From NCBI GenBank assembly GCA_001938485.1, contig MQRK01248982.1, forward strand, positions 1 through 64,000: DNA of 64,000 nt. Direction: 5' to 3'. Positions 1 to 14,400 of the stretch are shown in pieces. The notes under the pieces are model-generated. The model had not been told where the DNA came from. It saw only the letters and a program-made list of their open reading frames with translations, and did not search any database. The first letter of the stretch is position 1; every line of letters begins with the position of its first letter. The translations under genes were made by a program, and so were the position numbers. This DNA comes from Girardia tigrina (Eukaryota).

Positions 1-249
1 TCTTCAAGAAGCCGAAAACTGTCTGCAGCTTTTTTCTTTTGATTAAAGCAAAACAGTAGTGCTTCCGGCAAATGCTGTTTTGTTGGTATGAAAGTTGTCA
101 TGCTAAAACGTGATTAAAATATGTTTATGACGCATTTAAGGTCAATGACCTAATTAATTTTAATGCCTCGATTTCAGCACTTTAAAAATCTGTACGTACG
201 ACTGTAAAATAATGCTTATTACAAAGGTTACACCATCTCTTAGAAAATC

Positions 250-1190
250 CAAAAAGCTAAGTTATACACCTAATAGTTCTGCTAAATTTATGTGATTGCT
301 GTCATCCTTTTGGCGCAGCCATCCAGCATTTTCTATAACCACGCCTCCAATCTCCACGTATATACCGACCGCCAGCGAACTTACGTCGCACAACTTTGGC
401 CACCGATCGATTTGCGTGACTAACTGCCGTGTCATCTCTGCAATTTGCTGTTCCACCTCTGCCTCTCAACTACCATCGCTGGCCAATATTTTGGCAATAC
501 TGTACACCGGCCGTAACCAACTGCAAACCGGATAAATGCCATACTAAGCATTAGCGACTTTTCCATGCAAAGATGTTGCGGCAACTAATGCTATCCGGCA
601 GTAACAGGACATCCCTGTCGCATCGTATCTGTAACTGTTCATCTGCTCCAGCATTCACTGCCAGTCCTAATGCGCGTCCATAATCTATGGAGGCTGGATT
701 TTCGCTTCAAATTCAAAACTGTGCCACACTGTTTTCACTTGTTCCACTGGCATCTCGGAATTGGTGACTGCAATGTCGTAGTACGCGTCTGTGTTAGCTT
801 GTACAACTGGATCCAACTCCAAATTATATGTCGAAATATTTTACATTATTTTTGGGGCCACACTCAGCCCGAATCTGTGCTTGTCATATATCTCGATTTT
901 CCTTGGTGTTTCACCACTTGATAAGGCCATAGCGACTTGTCGACTCTGATCTCCAAGTACGCACGTCGTAGGTCAACAAATACCAGACTTCGTCCCATGC
1001 GTCACCAACTTGTCAACTTTTCCGCACACGCCAGGTTTTCTGGAGATTGATTCATTGAATTCTCGATAATCAAGAATCGATCGAATTCTTTCATTTATTG
1101 TCATTATTTCCACGATAGGGAGAGTTTTCTGTCGCTGACCTTCGCACTCTACCATCCATCCCCTCGATTTCCAGTCCTAATGTTTTATGT
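250..1190 (-). mobile_element. Degenerate Gypsy-type pol fragment (RT-RNase H)
   Basis: One reading frame with several stops: RFGLSVAPKIM, TDAYYDI (YxDD remnant), GIYPVCSWLRP, CDVSSLAVG..EIGGVVIENAGWLRQKDDSNHINLAEL. Confidence 0.8.
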
Positions 1191-2619
1191 TAACCTCAGT
1201 AGGGGGGAAAATGTATGTTCATGAACAATCGATAATTGACCCCCCTGGGGGTTACCTGTTACCACGGCAACGGTTCCGGTTACCATAGAAACGGTTCCTT
1301 TTCAGTGGCACCTAGGCTCAACCACTTGGGTCTCAAAATTTAATCAATTTTAAAAATCATTTCACTCCAATTGAAATCAAACTCTGAATCAAAATCTCCG
1401 AAAAACCTCGATTGCCGCTATTACACCAAAAAATCTACTCAAGCTCCCTTTTTTACCAAATCCTGAACAAACACTGTTTGAAACATTTCCGATGCCCACT
1501 GAATTCGGTTGGGCTGAACCAGGCCGCTGAACAAACATAGTTAAAGATAATCCTGAATCGACTGGTGTTCTAACGCACTGCTCACAAACGAAAACTTGGA
1601 ATACTGGAAGCAGTACATCAATGTTCATAGATACTCCCACTTCCCGCGCACTAGAGAGGGCTTGTAAAAAAATAAAATTTTTAAAAAATTTTTTAAAAAA
1701 AAATTTTTTTAAATTTGTCAATGGCGGTGGAGACACCTAGCCAGAAAATGATCTGGCGAGCAGAAAATGAAGCTTGTCAAAAATCTCGACATCGGCCGTG
1801 GCTTTTTCGGGTTACTAATTCTACTTTGCAATCTCGATGCAGGTAACCCCACATATTGTATTTAAAACACCGCTTCCGATCGGCGCAGGATTCGAATTCC
1901 GTAACTGTTGCCGCAACACTGTCAGTCAATGAATCGACAGTACCTGCCTTTCATCTTACGACATGGAGTAATGACCATACTATCGAGATAATATCTCTCA
2001 ATAAGGTTTTTTCCTTCAGGCTTCTGAAGCCAAATTCTTCGATATCTCTGCTGAAAGATCTGCAAATAGGGCTTGCTATAGAAACTGCTCTTTGGCTCGA
2101 GATGTCGTTGAACCAGCAACTATTCCTCTATTGATTAAAGATTTTTTTTCCGGACTGATAAGTGAGGACAAAAAAATATAAAAGAATCAGATAATTGTCC
2201 AATCAACTCTTTTACGATAATCATTTGCTTTAATTTCTCTATCATTCATGTATTGTCTCACATATTGAATAGCTAACTTACATCTTAATTAGATTAATAT
2301 GTGGATATGATTGTGATAAAAGAGAAAGATTAACAACAACTTTATAATTTAATAGAATTCGACAGTTACTTTAAACATTATTTATCTGTTTCCATTGTGT
2401 TAAATAAAGTTATATTTTTAATTTTTTAAAATTCGACCTATAACTACTAACCTTTAATAATTAAATTTATTCTAAAATTTAATGTACAAAAACCACATAA
2501 ATATATTTGCCCATAACGAAAAAATGGGACAGATTTCACAAATTTAGTTGTTTATGTATATAGGGATTATTAAAATTAAAATGAAGAATCAAAACTAAGA
2601 AGATTCTTTTTTAATAAAA

Positions 2620-3100
2620 TATTTATTGTTGATGTGAGGGATAATTTGGAATGTTGCAAGTTTGTTGTTTGTATGCTGTTTAGCTTTGTGACTCTCCTAC
2701 TCAGATGGGATTGATATATTATTTGATTGATTTATTTGAATCTAATGAAATTAATTTAATGATATTAATTTTAAGTACTAATTAATTAAAGTTTGATAAT
2801 TATGAATTTTAATAATATTTTCAGTAAATGATTTTAACTTATTAAATATAATATATTTTAAAAATTAATGTTTATTTAAAAAATTATGTAATGACTTTTA
2901 TCCAATAAAAATTATGAGAAATTAAAATTTATTATTAAACTTTCCCATTCATTGCTTTTTTAGATTTGAATATATTAACAAGAAACTATATCAATCAAAG
3001 AAAGATGACCAATGAAAATTGTTGTGAAGAAACTGTTTGTGTTGTCAATAAATGTTTGCATTCAAATTGTGATGCTGTTAATAGTTGATATAAAATATAT
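2620..3100 (+). repeat. Dispersed repeat, similar to 36240-36700
   Basis: Shared blocks such as ctctccta..cagatgga.t...atatt and ccaataaaa in the same order. Confidence 0.5.
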
Positions 3101-4011
3101 ACAATTTTATAAAACAACTTAATCTTATTTAAGTGAATTTATAAATTGGGTAAGATGGAGAAACGAAATTCGTTTACTCCGACGTGATTTTAGATATATA
3201 AAGATATATTATTGAAAATATATATAATTATATGTTAGATGGCAATATAAGCTCTACCGTACCTTTTAATATTTTTCTATAGGTTCAATAATTCTACGTT
3301 TTTATTATTATTATTTATATTCTCCTTTTTCGCTCAATTTAGCAATCCTTTTTATATTATCCCGTGCAGTAAATATATTAATGATTCTTGTTTTTATTTA
3401 AATAGCGTCCGGATTATCTTTCAACTGAAATCTCTGAATCGTTTAGACCTTTCCAAACTCTACTTTTTAATTAATGAGTCTTTCCTTTTTACAGTTCTTC
3501 TTTTATCTTTTTCCTCCTTGTATATAATTAAGGGTCCTTTTCTTGACTTAAATATAATTAAGGTTGCTTTTTTTAACTTGAAATCTTTGCCCTTAATACT
3601 TTTGTCTTGAATTTTATTCTTCTTAATTTACTTTTTTAATTAATTAATTATTTCTCTGTAATAAATATCTTTCTATAAATTTCTAACTGTTTATCTTTAT
3701 ATTTATTCTAAATTCAATTATTTATATATAAATTATATTTAATTGGATAAAAAGATAAATAAAATCCTATTTTATATGTTAATTAAAACAAAAGTTTATT
3801 ATTTTTATACTTTTATTATTTATTATCTCAACAAAGTCATGGTTTCATCTTTATCAATATTATTATGTAAGATAAATTTTTACAGTGCTTTGTATTGTTG
3901 GGGATGTGTTTGATGTTTTTATTTTATTTATTTTTGCGTTTATTTTATTTATTTTTGCGTTTGTTATTTTAATTATTTTATTGTAAATAAAAGATAAATA
4001 AATAATACGAT

Positions 4012-4782
4012 NNNNNNNNNNNNNNNNNNNNNNNNNNNNNNNNNNNNNNNNNNNNNNNNNNNNNNNNNNNNNNNNNNNNNNNNNNNNNNNNNNNNNNNNN
4101 NNNNNNNNNNNNNNNNNNNNNNNNNNNNNNNNNNNNNNNNNNNNNNNNNNNNNNNNNNNNNNNNNNNNNNNNNNNNNNNNNNNNNNNNNNNNNNNNNNNN
4201 NNNNNNNNNNNNNNNNNNNNNNNNNNNNNNNNNNNNNNNNNNNNNNNNNNNNNNNNNNNNNNNNNNNNNNNNNNNNNNNNNNNNNNNNNNNNNNNNNNNN
4301 NNNNNNNNNNNNNNNNNNNNNNNNNNNNNNNNNNNNNNNNNNNNNNNNNNNNNNNNNNNNNNNNNNNNNNNNNNNNNNNNNNNNNNNNNNNNNNNNNNNN
4401 NNNNNNNNNNNNNNNNNNNNNNNNNNNNNNNNNNNNNNNNNNNNNNNNNNNNNNNNNNNNNNNNNNNNNNNNNNNNNNNNNNNNNNNNNNNNNNNNNNNN
4501 NNNNNNNNNNNNNNNNNNNNNNNNNNNNNNNNNNNNNNNNNNNNNNNNNNNNNNNNNNNNNNNNNNNNNNNNNNNNNNNNNNNNNNNNNNNNNNNNNNNN
4601 NNNNNNNNNNNNNNNNNNNNNNNNNNNNNNNNNNNNNNNNNNNNNNNNNNNNNNNNNNNNNNNNNNNNNNNNNNNNNNNNNNNNNNNNNNNNNNNNNNNN
4701 NNNNNNNNNNNNNNNNNNNNNNNNNNNNNNNNNNNNNNNNNNNNNNNNNNNNNNNNNNNNNNNNNNNNNNNNNNNNNNNNNN
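4012..4782. other. Assembly gap (N run); smaller gaps at 33738-33787, 56781-56790 and 57755-57774
   Basis: Runs of N. Confidence 1.
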
Positions 4783-5381
4783 AAAAAATTGTCTCGTGTT
4801 GTCATTTAATAGTAATCGAATTTAATTTGACGTTTTAAACTCATAGTCTCTTAATAAATTCATTACCTTAGGAAGGTTCGCAATTAACCGAATTGTAAAT
4901 CTTCCTTTTCTGTTGAAACTTACGGAGATCGAAATTCACGTCGACCCCCACGTTTCCAACAGTATAAACGTTCGCGTGTGATTTGATAGTTACGAAATAT
5001 ATTTAGATTTTAGATTATCTCTGTTATAATACCAGAATCATCACTTAAATGGGGAGGCATGTTACATATTTTTTCAGTCACCTCAAATATATCAACAGCA
5101 AAGAGTGTAGCGTGACCTTAAAACATATTTTAACCATAGCGGCCATCATACTAGAAATGTGCCCCCGTTTTTTATGTATTCTTGTCATTTTCTTTCATAG
5201 GGATAAAGATTATTTTAAGTCTATCCGAAAAGTTGTTTACAAAAAATTGTTTAGATATTAATTTTTTAAATTATAAATTTAATGTTAAAATAAATTAGTT
5301 TCAAGCAGGATTGCCTAAATCTCATCATAAAAATTTCGAAAATGGTTATTTTGAGAAATATTTTCTGTATTAATTTAATTT

Positions 5382-5406
5382 ATGGTGTCTGGAAAGCCCG
5401 AATATC
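5382..5406 (+). CDS. Candidate first coding exon of the NF-kB-like gene (MVSGKPEY)
   Basis: ATG with an in-frame stop just upstream; strong GTAAGT donor at 5407; 48-nt intron, the same size as the gene's other short introns. No homology support. Confidence 0.45.
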
Positions 5407-8400
5407 GTAAGTAAAGAACAAGTTGTTTTTATCAAAATAAACTGATACTGACAGTAAAGGCATATTTGAGAATTGTGCCGGATTATCTTGACACAAGGTA
5501 ATTTCAAATATAGACAACCGCAAGACAAGAAAAGTATTCTAACACTCAGGAGTCACTGTACTTCCAGGTTTTTGGTTAATAATCTAATTTTCAGTAAAAT
5601 TTTTATAAACAATTTTCTTTCAGATTGACAATTAATAAACCCATTGAAAATATATTTTCTGGGATGCTGAATATATTTAGTTCCGATAATTTTAATATCA
5701 ACAAATAAATTTATGTACGAACAAACAGAAAACAACAGTTCCTTTGTTCTTATGAAAAAATACGCACAAAATAAGGCAATAAATAGATTTATAATTTCTG
5801 TAAAGGATTCATAAATTTTAAGTCGAAAAACGAAAAAAGTTCAACAAATTATAAAATTTGTTTAAACTAATCAACTAAAGTTGATTAATTTAATACTTAA
5901 ACAAGTCGGTTCAAAGTTCTTCAATAAAGAAATTCTATTATTTCTTTATGCTAATACTTTATGGATGCGGACCTTGAGGAAATAATAAATTTGAAGTAGG
6001 ATCTCGTTATTTTTTAATAATATTTTGGCTGTACTGCAATTGTCATTACTGCGGTTTTCACATATAAATTAGAATAATTTTATGAAATTGAAAAATTTTA
6101 AACATTATTAATACTTGAAATATTATTATTATTTCAATTTATTTCAATCAAATTTATTATTATTTTAAATATAATTATTTAATGAAATTTATTATTAATA
6201 CTGAGTTTTGTGAACGCTTATTCGATATTGTTGAAAAATCATTTTATTAAAGCTTTTTTAAGAAATTCATTTTTGTACATGTTTAGGAATATTATTCATC
6301 GTCAGCAATTATATTAATGTTTCAATGTTATTTTTATTTTGTCAAAGTAACATTTTATTTATTTATTTTAAGATGCTATTAGACAATAATGACAAAAATT
6401 TGAAAAATTTTAGGTGTAGATTCGTAGTGGCTCAAGTAAAAATAAAAATATGACAATATATAAAATATTATAAGCAGACCGGGGAAAATATTAAAAACAT
6501 ATTTTTAAATTTCTTTAAGTAACCTAATCTTTAAGAAAAATATCTATATTGATTGCGCAATAGATAACTTCTCTGATTTCTTTTAGAAAATATTTGTACC
6601 ACAATTTCAGATGGAAATAAATATTTAAAAATTTATTACACATTTTCAAGGTATATGTGATGTGTGAAGCATTGATGATTAAATATGTATTTTAATTCTG
6701 AAATCATTGTGCAAACACCATCTTCAACTTTATTACAAGTTTTTTATGATTTCAAAATTACATAATGATATATAAATGCAAATATATAACTGTTAGTTTA
6801 GTCTGATAATGACAGTTAATCTGTTGAAATAAAATAACAATAAATTATGTCGAAAGTTGTTTTCGAAACAATTTATCATCATTGTTTAAATATTGACAAT
6901 CTAATATGTTAGATTTTATTTTATTTAATAATAGAAATTACATTATTGTTTATGAAACATTATTTGTTTATTATTTCAGTGATGAGATATGGAATGATTT
7001 ACAATATCCTTGCTCGATTACCTACATGTCACCATTTGCTGCTGGTTTTCGCTTTCGATACCAGTCAGAAATCGATAAAAAGTCATACTCGTTATTGAAA
7101 ACTGAAGGCAACAAAGCGCCAGTTGTAAAAGTGGGAGCAATTTTGCAATTTAGCTTTTTTCTTATAAAATAAATTTTTAAAAATAATTTTAATTTAATTT
7201 AATTTCTTTTTAGTGAATATTGATTTAAAATTTAGTTCTTTTTTTTCATATAATTTTGAACTTAATTATTAAAGTAATTTTTTTTATTAATCATTTTTTT
7301 GCGTTTTATTAATGGTTATTATTGTTAATTGTTATTATTATTGTTTACTATTGCATAATAATTATTCATATTGTTAGTTGCATTTAAATCGTCTTCGATA
7401 TTCGAATTAGAATTCGCAATGATCAAAATTTTTATTAGAACAAATTAATAATTTTTGTTACAAACAAATTTTAACTGCGTTCTCAAAATCGATTCGCGGA
7501 CATTTTAATTCTCAGATTTTGATTAAATTTTTAAAAACTCAAACTTAAATAATCATGCCAAAACAATTTTTGGTGTACAAGCTTTTATAATTTGTCATAT
7601 GTTTGCGGTTCTGTATCTATTTCACCCACTTCCCACATTTTTTCACTGAATTATCAAAGCCTACTAGGCGAAAACCCGCTTACTATTTGCATTTAGATGT
7701 AGCAAATTTCAAAGCCTACTACTGAGGAAAACATGAGAACGACACTTTAATTACTTTTTTGCGGCCAAACTAAAGGCGGTAGATGAGCAGTGACAGTGAA
7801 AAAGTGTATTGTCACCTAGAATACATCCATCCTGAAAGTTTCATGTCGCTAGGTGAACGGGAAGTGGGTGAATTTTCGACCGCAAGATTTGATGCATCCA
7901 GACAGACAAACAAATGAAACGTAATAAAAGCTTGTAAAAATAATATTTAGTTCGACTTTAATTGAACCTTATTTAACCCTTCGTAACATGGTGTGACACT
8001 TCTGTAACAAACAGTTGCAACTTACAGGATCTCTAACTATTAACATATCACATTTTAAATCACTGTTGCATATCTGTTACACACCGATCTATACAACATC
8101 GGTAATTTATTAGTACCTACAGGTGGCGTTGGTGGTAGGATGATGAATTTGACAGATGAATTTTTTTAAGATATTGAGTTACGAAGGGTTAATTGGAACA
8201 AATGTTTTGTCATTAAATTAAGGTTTTATGAAAAGCAACATTTGTACAACAACAAGGGTTCGTTTTCATTAATGTAATCGCCATTACTTTCGATTATTCT
8301 TCTCCAATGAAGCTTCGACAAGAAAATTTCGCGGTGGTTTTCAGGTCGAAAAACTTTTGAAGGGCTTCTTTCTCGTGTTGATCTTTAATGAAGCGGCGTC

Positions 8401-11400
8401 CGTGAATTATATTTATTGGCCAAAAGCGTGAAAATTCTTGGGTTCGATGTGGGTCTGCTTCATACTGCATGAATCAAAATTCTTCCACCATGCCAAATTA
8501 TCTCGTCTTTGGAAGTGCTTCTTTGTTCAATATTTGATGATCAACCATTCCAGTCTATCTATCATTGGATTAAAATGAATTTATTTCATGTTTCTTAAAA
8601 ACTAAGTAAAAATACATTAACCATTTCAACACAATTTTTTTATTTCAGTAATCCATGTAATATATTATACGCCAAAATATTTTTTTCCAATTTATTTTGA
8701 CTAATTTGATTCTATTATTTTTTTTTCAATCTACTCAAAATAAATTAGAAAAAAATATTTTGGGCTATAATATTACATGGATTACTGAAATAAAAGTCGT
8801 GTTAAAAGGGTTAAACGGGATTGATTCTATTCTCACAAACCAGTCATTGGCAGCTATCGATTGCCATTTAAGAAAACGATATTTTTACTCTATCATTCCG
8901 TACTATAACAGGTGACGGAGATTGATGAAAACGATAAGTTTAATGCATGGTGTAGATTGATCCGATAACGGGATTTTTATCTCGAAACGCGTCGTTTTAT
9001 TTTTATCCCTTGTAGTAATACTTATTAATTATTAGTATTGAAGTCTTAATCATTGTTGAAAGATGAAGGCAACAAAGAGTAATTTGTAAAAGTGGGAGCA
9101 ATTTGAATATTATTTTTATAATGAAACAATTTTTTAAAATTATTTATTAATTTTTATTTTATTTTTTTCGTCAAAATAAAAAATCTCTTTTTTTAATATA
9201 TTTTTGAAACTTAATTATTCAATTTCGTTTTTAAGGTTACCTTTTCTTTTTATTATGATTATTATTTTTTAATTTTATTTGACTTCTTTTATTATATCTG
9301 TTAAAGTAAAAAATTTAACAAACTATTATATAAAAAAAATGAAAATGAAAATTAAAAAAAAAACAAATGAAAAATAAAAAGAATTGCAGAAAGTGACAAA
9401 TTAGAAACGCAAAATGGAAAAAATTAAAAATGAAACTACTAAAAAAATAAAAATGAAAAATGGCAAAAAATAAATGAAATTAAAATAAAAATGATAAAAA
9501 AAACAAAAATAAATGTGAAAAAATAAATAAAAATAAATAAAATGGAAAAAAAACATCAAAATAAAAATAAAGCAAAACAGATTGAAAAGGAGCTTGAGAT
9601 TGAACAGTTTAATTATTCCAGCGGATTAGAAAGATTCAAAAGTCACTTTGTTAGCTTTTGCAAGCTTATTTCAGGCGAAACTTCAAGATAAAGGATGGGA
9701 TCTTTGATGGAGTTAGCAAAGAAAAAAAGGAGTTCATTCAAATTAAGTGTTGTTTACAATCGTGACTACACTAAAAAGGTTTTATAAAATGTTTACCTGA
9801 TCAGTCGCTCACAAGACAATATAAAACTCATGACGTTAAAGAAGGCTTAAAACCACGTAAATGTTATTATGTACAAATACTGACGGATCATATAAACTAA
9901 AGTGTTATAATATTGGGACAAACATAAATTCTCGTTGTTTCTCTGGGTTTCCGCTTTTAATGGTGGGAAGTTGAATAACGAAAATTTAAGGTTTCAATTT
10001 ATTATATTTTTTCCAAGTATTGGATATTTATAACTACATTTATCGTAAAATTTCTTTGTTTTACTCCTTATTTTTAGGTTTCTTATTTTTAATATTTTAT
10101 ATAATTATTCTTTTTCATTTTAATATTCTCTTGAAATATATATTTTATATCTCATTTTGTTATGAAAGTTTAACGATAAACAATGTGTTTTTATTTATAT
10201 TATTTTTGCTTATAACTGGAGTCTCCAAGAGGATTTCTATAGCAATTCTATTTTATACTTGAATTCAATTGGCTATCGAAGGTAGAAGTGAGTGGTACAA
10301 ATGCAAACAAATACTTTTGGGCGTATGGCAGCACTTCTGGTCACATAATACCCTTAATTCTAACCTTAGTCAACATTTTGATAATAAATCACTCCTTGCA
10401 CAGGTTTGCAATGATTGCCAACTGGTATTCTTAAATTATGATGCAATTGTGATTAGTATTTGATATTTTTGTTTTACTGGTCATATCCATTTGTAGAATT
10501 AGACTGTATTAATTGCGAATTAAATTTCTTTTATATTTATACTGTCTTATGTTATAAATTGTTTTTCATACGGTTATTTATCATCCAAATATTTCAAAAA
10601 AACTGAACCAACTTTAAAAGGTTAATTTTGTACAATATCAGAATAAATTAAGAATAAATTTCAAATACAAATTTTGTTTCCATATACACCGCACTCGCAA
10701 AAGTATCTGACCACCTTTTTTAAAATATTGGCATTGAAAAACTGTTATCTATGAAGCAACAAAAATAGAAGAATGAAATGACAATTTATTTTCATGAATT
10801 CGAAAATAAGATTTTGTTGAATATCTATAAGTCTTTATAATCTCATAAACTTTCTCAGGGATGGTGTTTATAATATTATGCGTAAATTCCATTGAGATCG
10901 AGGTTCACTATTCCTGCAAATAATGACTCAAAGAAACTAGCGTCGTAGGAACACGCTTTCTCCTTTTTATTGGCTTCTCTAACTCATATAACATCTCTAT
11001 AGGATTTAGGTCTGGGCTTTGAGGTACCCATGATTTTACAGTAAATTCTTTAATCTCAAATTAGCTCTTCATCACCTTGAAAGTGTGACAAGTTAGTTGC
11101 ACTGTCTTGTTGAAATATTGTTGCGCTTACCTCCGGCAAAAAGGGAATGCACCATTCTCAACAATATTGACATACTCCTGTCTATTGACTCATTCGAGAA
11201 ACAAAAGCGATCAAATCGTCTCTCAGGTAAAGCAACCCCATACTATCACCCACCCTCTACTGTGATTTACATTTGCGTCCTTAAAAACACCATGAAACTT
11301 ATATTTCGTATACTAATGTGTATTGCAATGAATGTAATCTGAACATACCTGACAGTTAGGGTGATAACACTCTATGACTCACAAATTCGAATATTTGACT

Positions 11401-14400
11401 TGAATGACATAGCGTGATTCGTCAGATCAAACGATATTAGTCCACTGTGGCTGCATCCAAAACTTTCACTCTTTGTACCACGATAATCTTCGTATTCTGT
11501 TTGTCTCACTAACATATGGCTTTTTCTTGCCATATCTTTCATAATAATTCATTTAATGCAGACCTCTCTTCATTGTCAATTTAGTGACTTGAGGTGTGGT
11601 ATATAGATAAAAGATTTGGATGAGGGAACCATTTCTGTTTCTTTTCACTATTTTCTTTAAGTTAGGTTTCCTTCTGTTGGAAATAAGGGGAGGACAGCCA
11701 TTCTATACTAGCAAGAAACATTTCCGCTCGTTTTGAATGAACGTATTGTGTTTGCTATAATAGTTTTAAGGTGTCCAGTTAAGGTGATTATCTGTCTCTG
11801 AGATTTTCCATTTAAATTGTAGCTAAATATAATGTCGCGCTGAGTTTCAGTTAGTTCACGGCCCTTCATTTAAAAAAAATTACATCCATGAACTATACTA
11901 TATGTTAGGAAAACGATATTTTAATGATGACATAGTAAATAATTAGTATTTGAGTTTTTTATTTTTATGTATATTTTGTTATATTCAAACAGTTGGAAGT
12001 TTATTATATTTTATAATAATACCGGGTGGTCGGATGCCTTTGCTAGAGCTGTCATAACAATATTCAAATAAATATTTATTAATTAACATTTTTATATTAA
12101 ATTAATATTCGTTCATAAAAATATATTTTAATAGTTTTAACAAAGTGAAAAACGAAAAAAAACATCTTCTGAGTAACCATTTATTATTTCTCAATTCACG
12201 ACATGCTTCTTTCTTAAAAGAACATCATCAGGTGGATCTTCCATTAATATAACAAATGTTTATATATTCAAAACTAAAACCAAAGAGAGTCTGTATCGAA
12301 CACAGAATATTTACTGAATTAGTTTCAGACATCAACTTTAACTAAGTAATAATAACAAGATTCTATTTTAAAACATTTTCCAGTAATTAATTTCGGCGCC
12401 TTGTCCACAACAATCTTTTGAATTGTGTCTCAGCTTATATAACTAGATAATGATTGTGTTATCATTAATATAATGTATTTAAAAAGGATTATCAGAGAAG
12501 TGTGGAACTCAAATATTAATTTCAGATCCATTTTTTAAATAGATTAATCATAATTTGAAACTCATTTTCTTCAAAATTCTTTTTATGTGGCTGTTCACAC
12601 ATTACAAGTATAACTTTTTTAATCATACATATTTTTTTAATTTTTCCAAACCATCAATAATTCTTTTATGCTATCCGGCTTTGGCAGTCTCGGTGAATGA
12701 GATAATCTGATGTTTTAATATTGTTAATGAAAAATAAAGGTAGAATATTTTGCGTTTCATTGGTAATGCCATCTGAATTTTCCATTTTATCGAAGTAAAT
12801 GATATGGATACAGCTCTTCAATTTCAATAGAAAATGTTGACATTAAAATGATTTTTTGAGCTGCACAATTAAATAATATTAAATATATTTTTTATTAATA
12901 AACCTTAAGTTTATATTTTTTTTCTGCATGGATATTGTAATGATATTCTATCAACCATTACATTTCAGTTATCCTATTATTTTTATCATCGTGTGATAAT
13001 AAACACGAAAACAAACTAAAAATTAATAATAACAAAAATTTACATCCTCCAATGATTAATCAATTTATTAATAATAGAACACTATTAATAAAACCAGTAA
13101 CTGAATAAACATAACGTCTGTTTTCGATGCGAATTAGGTCCCACTAGTAGTGTATTTACGAAGAGACGATCCCCTTTTTGAGACAGTCTTCAGAAATATT
13201 TACTTTCAAAATGTATAATAATTGCGATGTACGCGATTGATTTTGAACGGGTAGTAAACATCACTTTGTGAAAAGTACTGAAATAAAATCGAATATTGAT
13301 CTATGTTTGAAATAAAAAACATAAGTGAAGTTTTATTTACATATGAAAAATAATGACTATTATAACTGCAATCTTAATTTTTTTTAAATCTCTCCTGATC
13401 CTAACATATCTTAAACGCTACTGGGTTCTAACAATAAAAATTGGGTATCAGTCGTAAAATCACATCACATCTGTTGAAAGTGAAGTTCAAGTTCGAAAGA
13501 ATAATAACAACAGTAAAAAATATCTCACTTAGATTAATTCGGTTTTCTCCCTTATTTAATGGTTACTTTTGGAGATATCAATAGAACTAAGAGAATTATT
13601 TTACTATTAAGAATGCACAATATTTTGTATTTTATAGAACTAAAATTTTGAATTTAATGGATAACATATATTTGTAAAACCAGGTTAACACTTTATTTTT
13701 GAGACGAGTAAACTCGTCATATCCATTTTTGTAGTATAGCACGGGAGCCGAGTTTACTCGTTTTCTTGCGCGAAGCGGTAAGGTGCGGTAAACAATGGGC
13801 TCCAGACAAGTGTGGGTGGTGCGTTTTATATTGTGGGCAGTATCAAATCTATCTACCTGCCGAGTGTGAGTTTCCCGCCATTTGGTTGGAAAATGCCCGC
13901 GCACAATTTTAAGTTTGATTTAAAACTTCAAAAAGTGATAAGTAATCAACTGAATAAATAGTTTGGCATTAAAACAGGTTTAAAATTTAATTAATATTCA
14001 CATGCTACGATATTCTTTATTCATCATTGATTAATATCATTGAAAATAACCGTTTTTCCAAATTCTATAAATAGAAACTTAAAATGAAAATCATTGGTTG
14101 ATCTTTGAAAATATTCTGCATAATTTTATAATACGTTGCATATAAAAATCTACGATCATATTTATATAGCTTGTTACCACAATTTATAATACGTAAACAT
14201 CAAAGGCGTCTTATGATGATGACGTTTTTCATATGCAATAATCTATGGTCGATATTTAGTGAATTTTCGATGAAATTGCTCTGGACAAATACCCAATATA
14301 ATTTCTGTGTTTCTTAATTGTGTATTCCTATCCTTTAGGTTATTCTTCTTTCCTAACACAACAACATAATGAGAAAGATTTATTGTTTTTATTCTTTAGA

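Noticed and set aside
296-921. Plus-strand ORFs that look like a Cys-rich env
   Set aside because: They are the antisense shadow of the minus-strand RT-RNase H.
1200-2140. GC-richer segment with PPT/PBS-like motifs and short ORFs
   Set aside because: Probably retroelement debris, but I recognised no domain or paired LTR.
3978-4805. 275-aa ORF
   Set aside because: Almost entirely an N gap; artefact.
5390-5400. kB-like site (GGGCTTTCC on the minus strand) suggesting autoregulation
   Set aside because: A single 9-mer inside a candidate coding exon; could occur by chance.
6373-6650. Alternative 5' exons (6373-6413 and 6611-6650)
   Set aside because: Phase-compatible but very AT-rich and without homology; cannot be chosen without RNA data.
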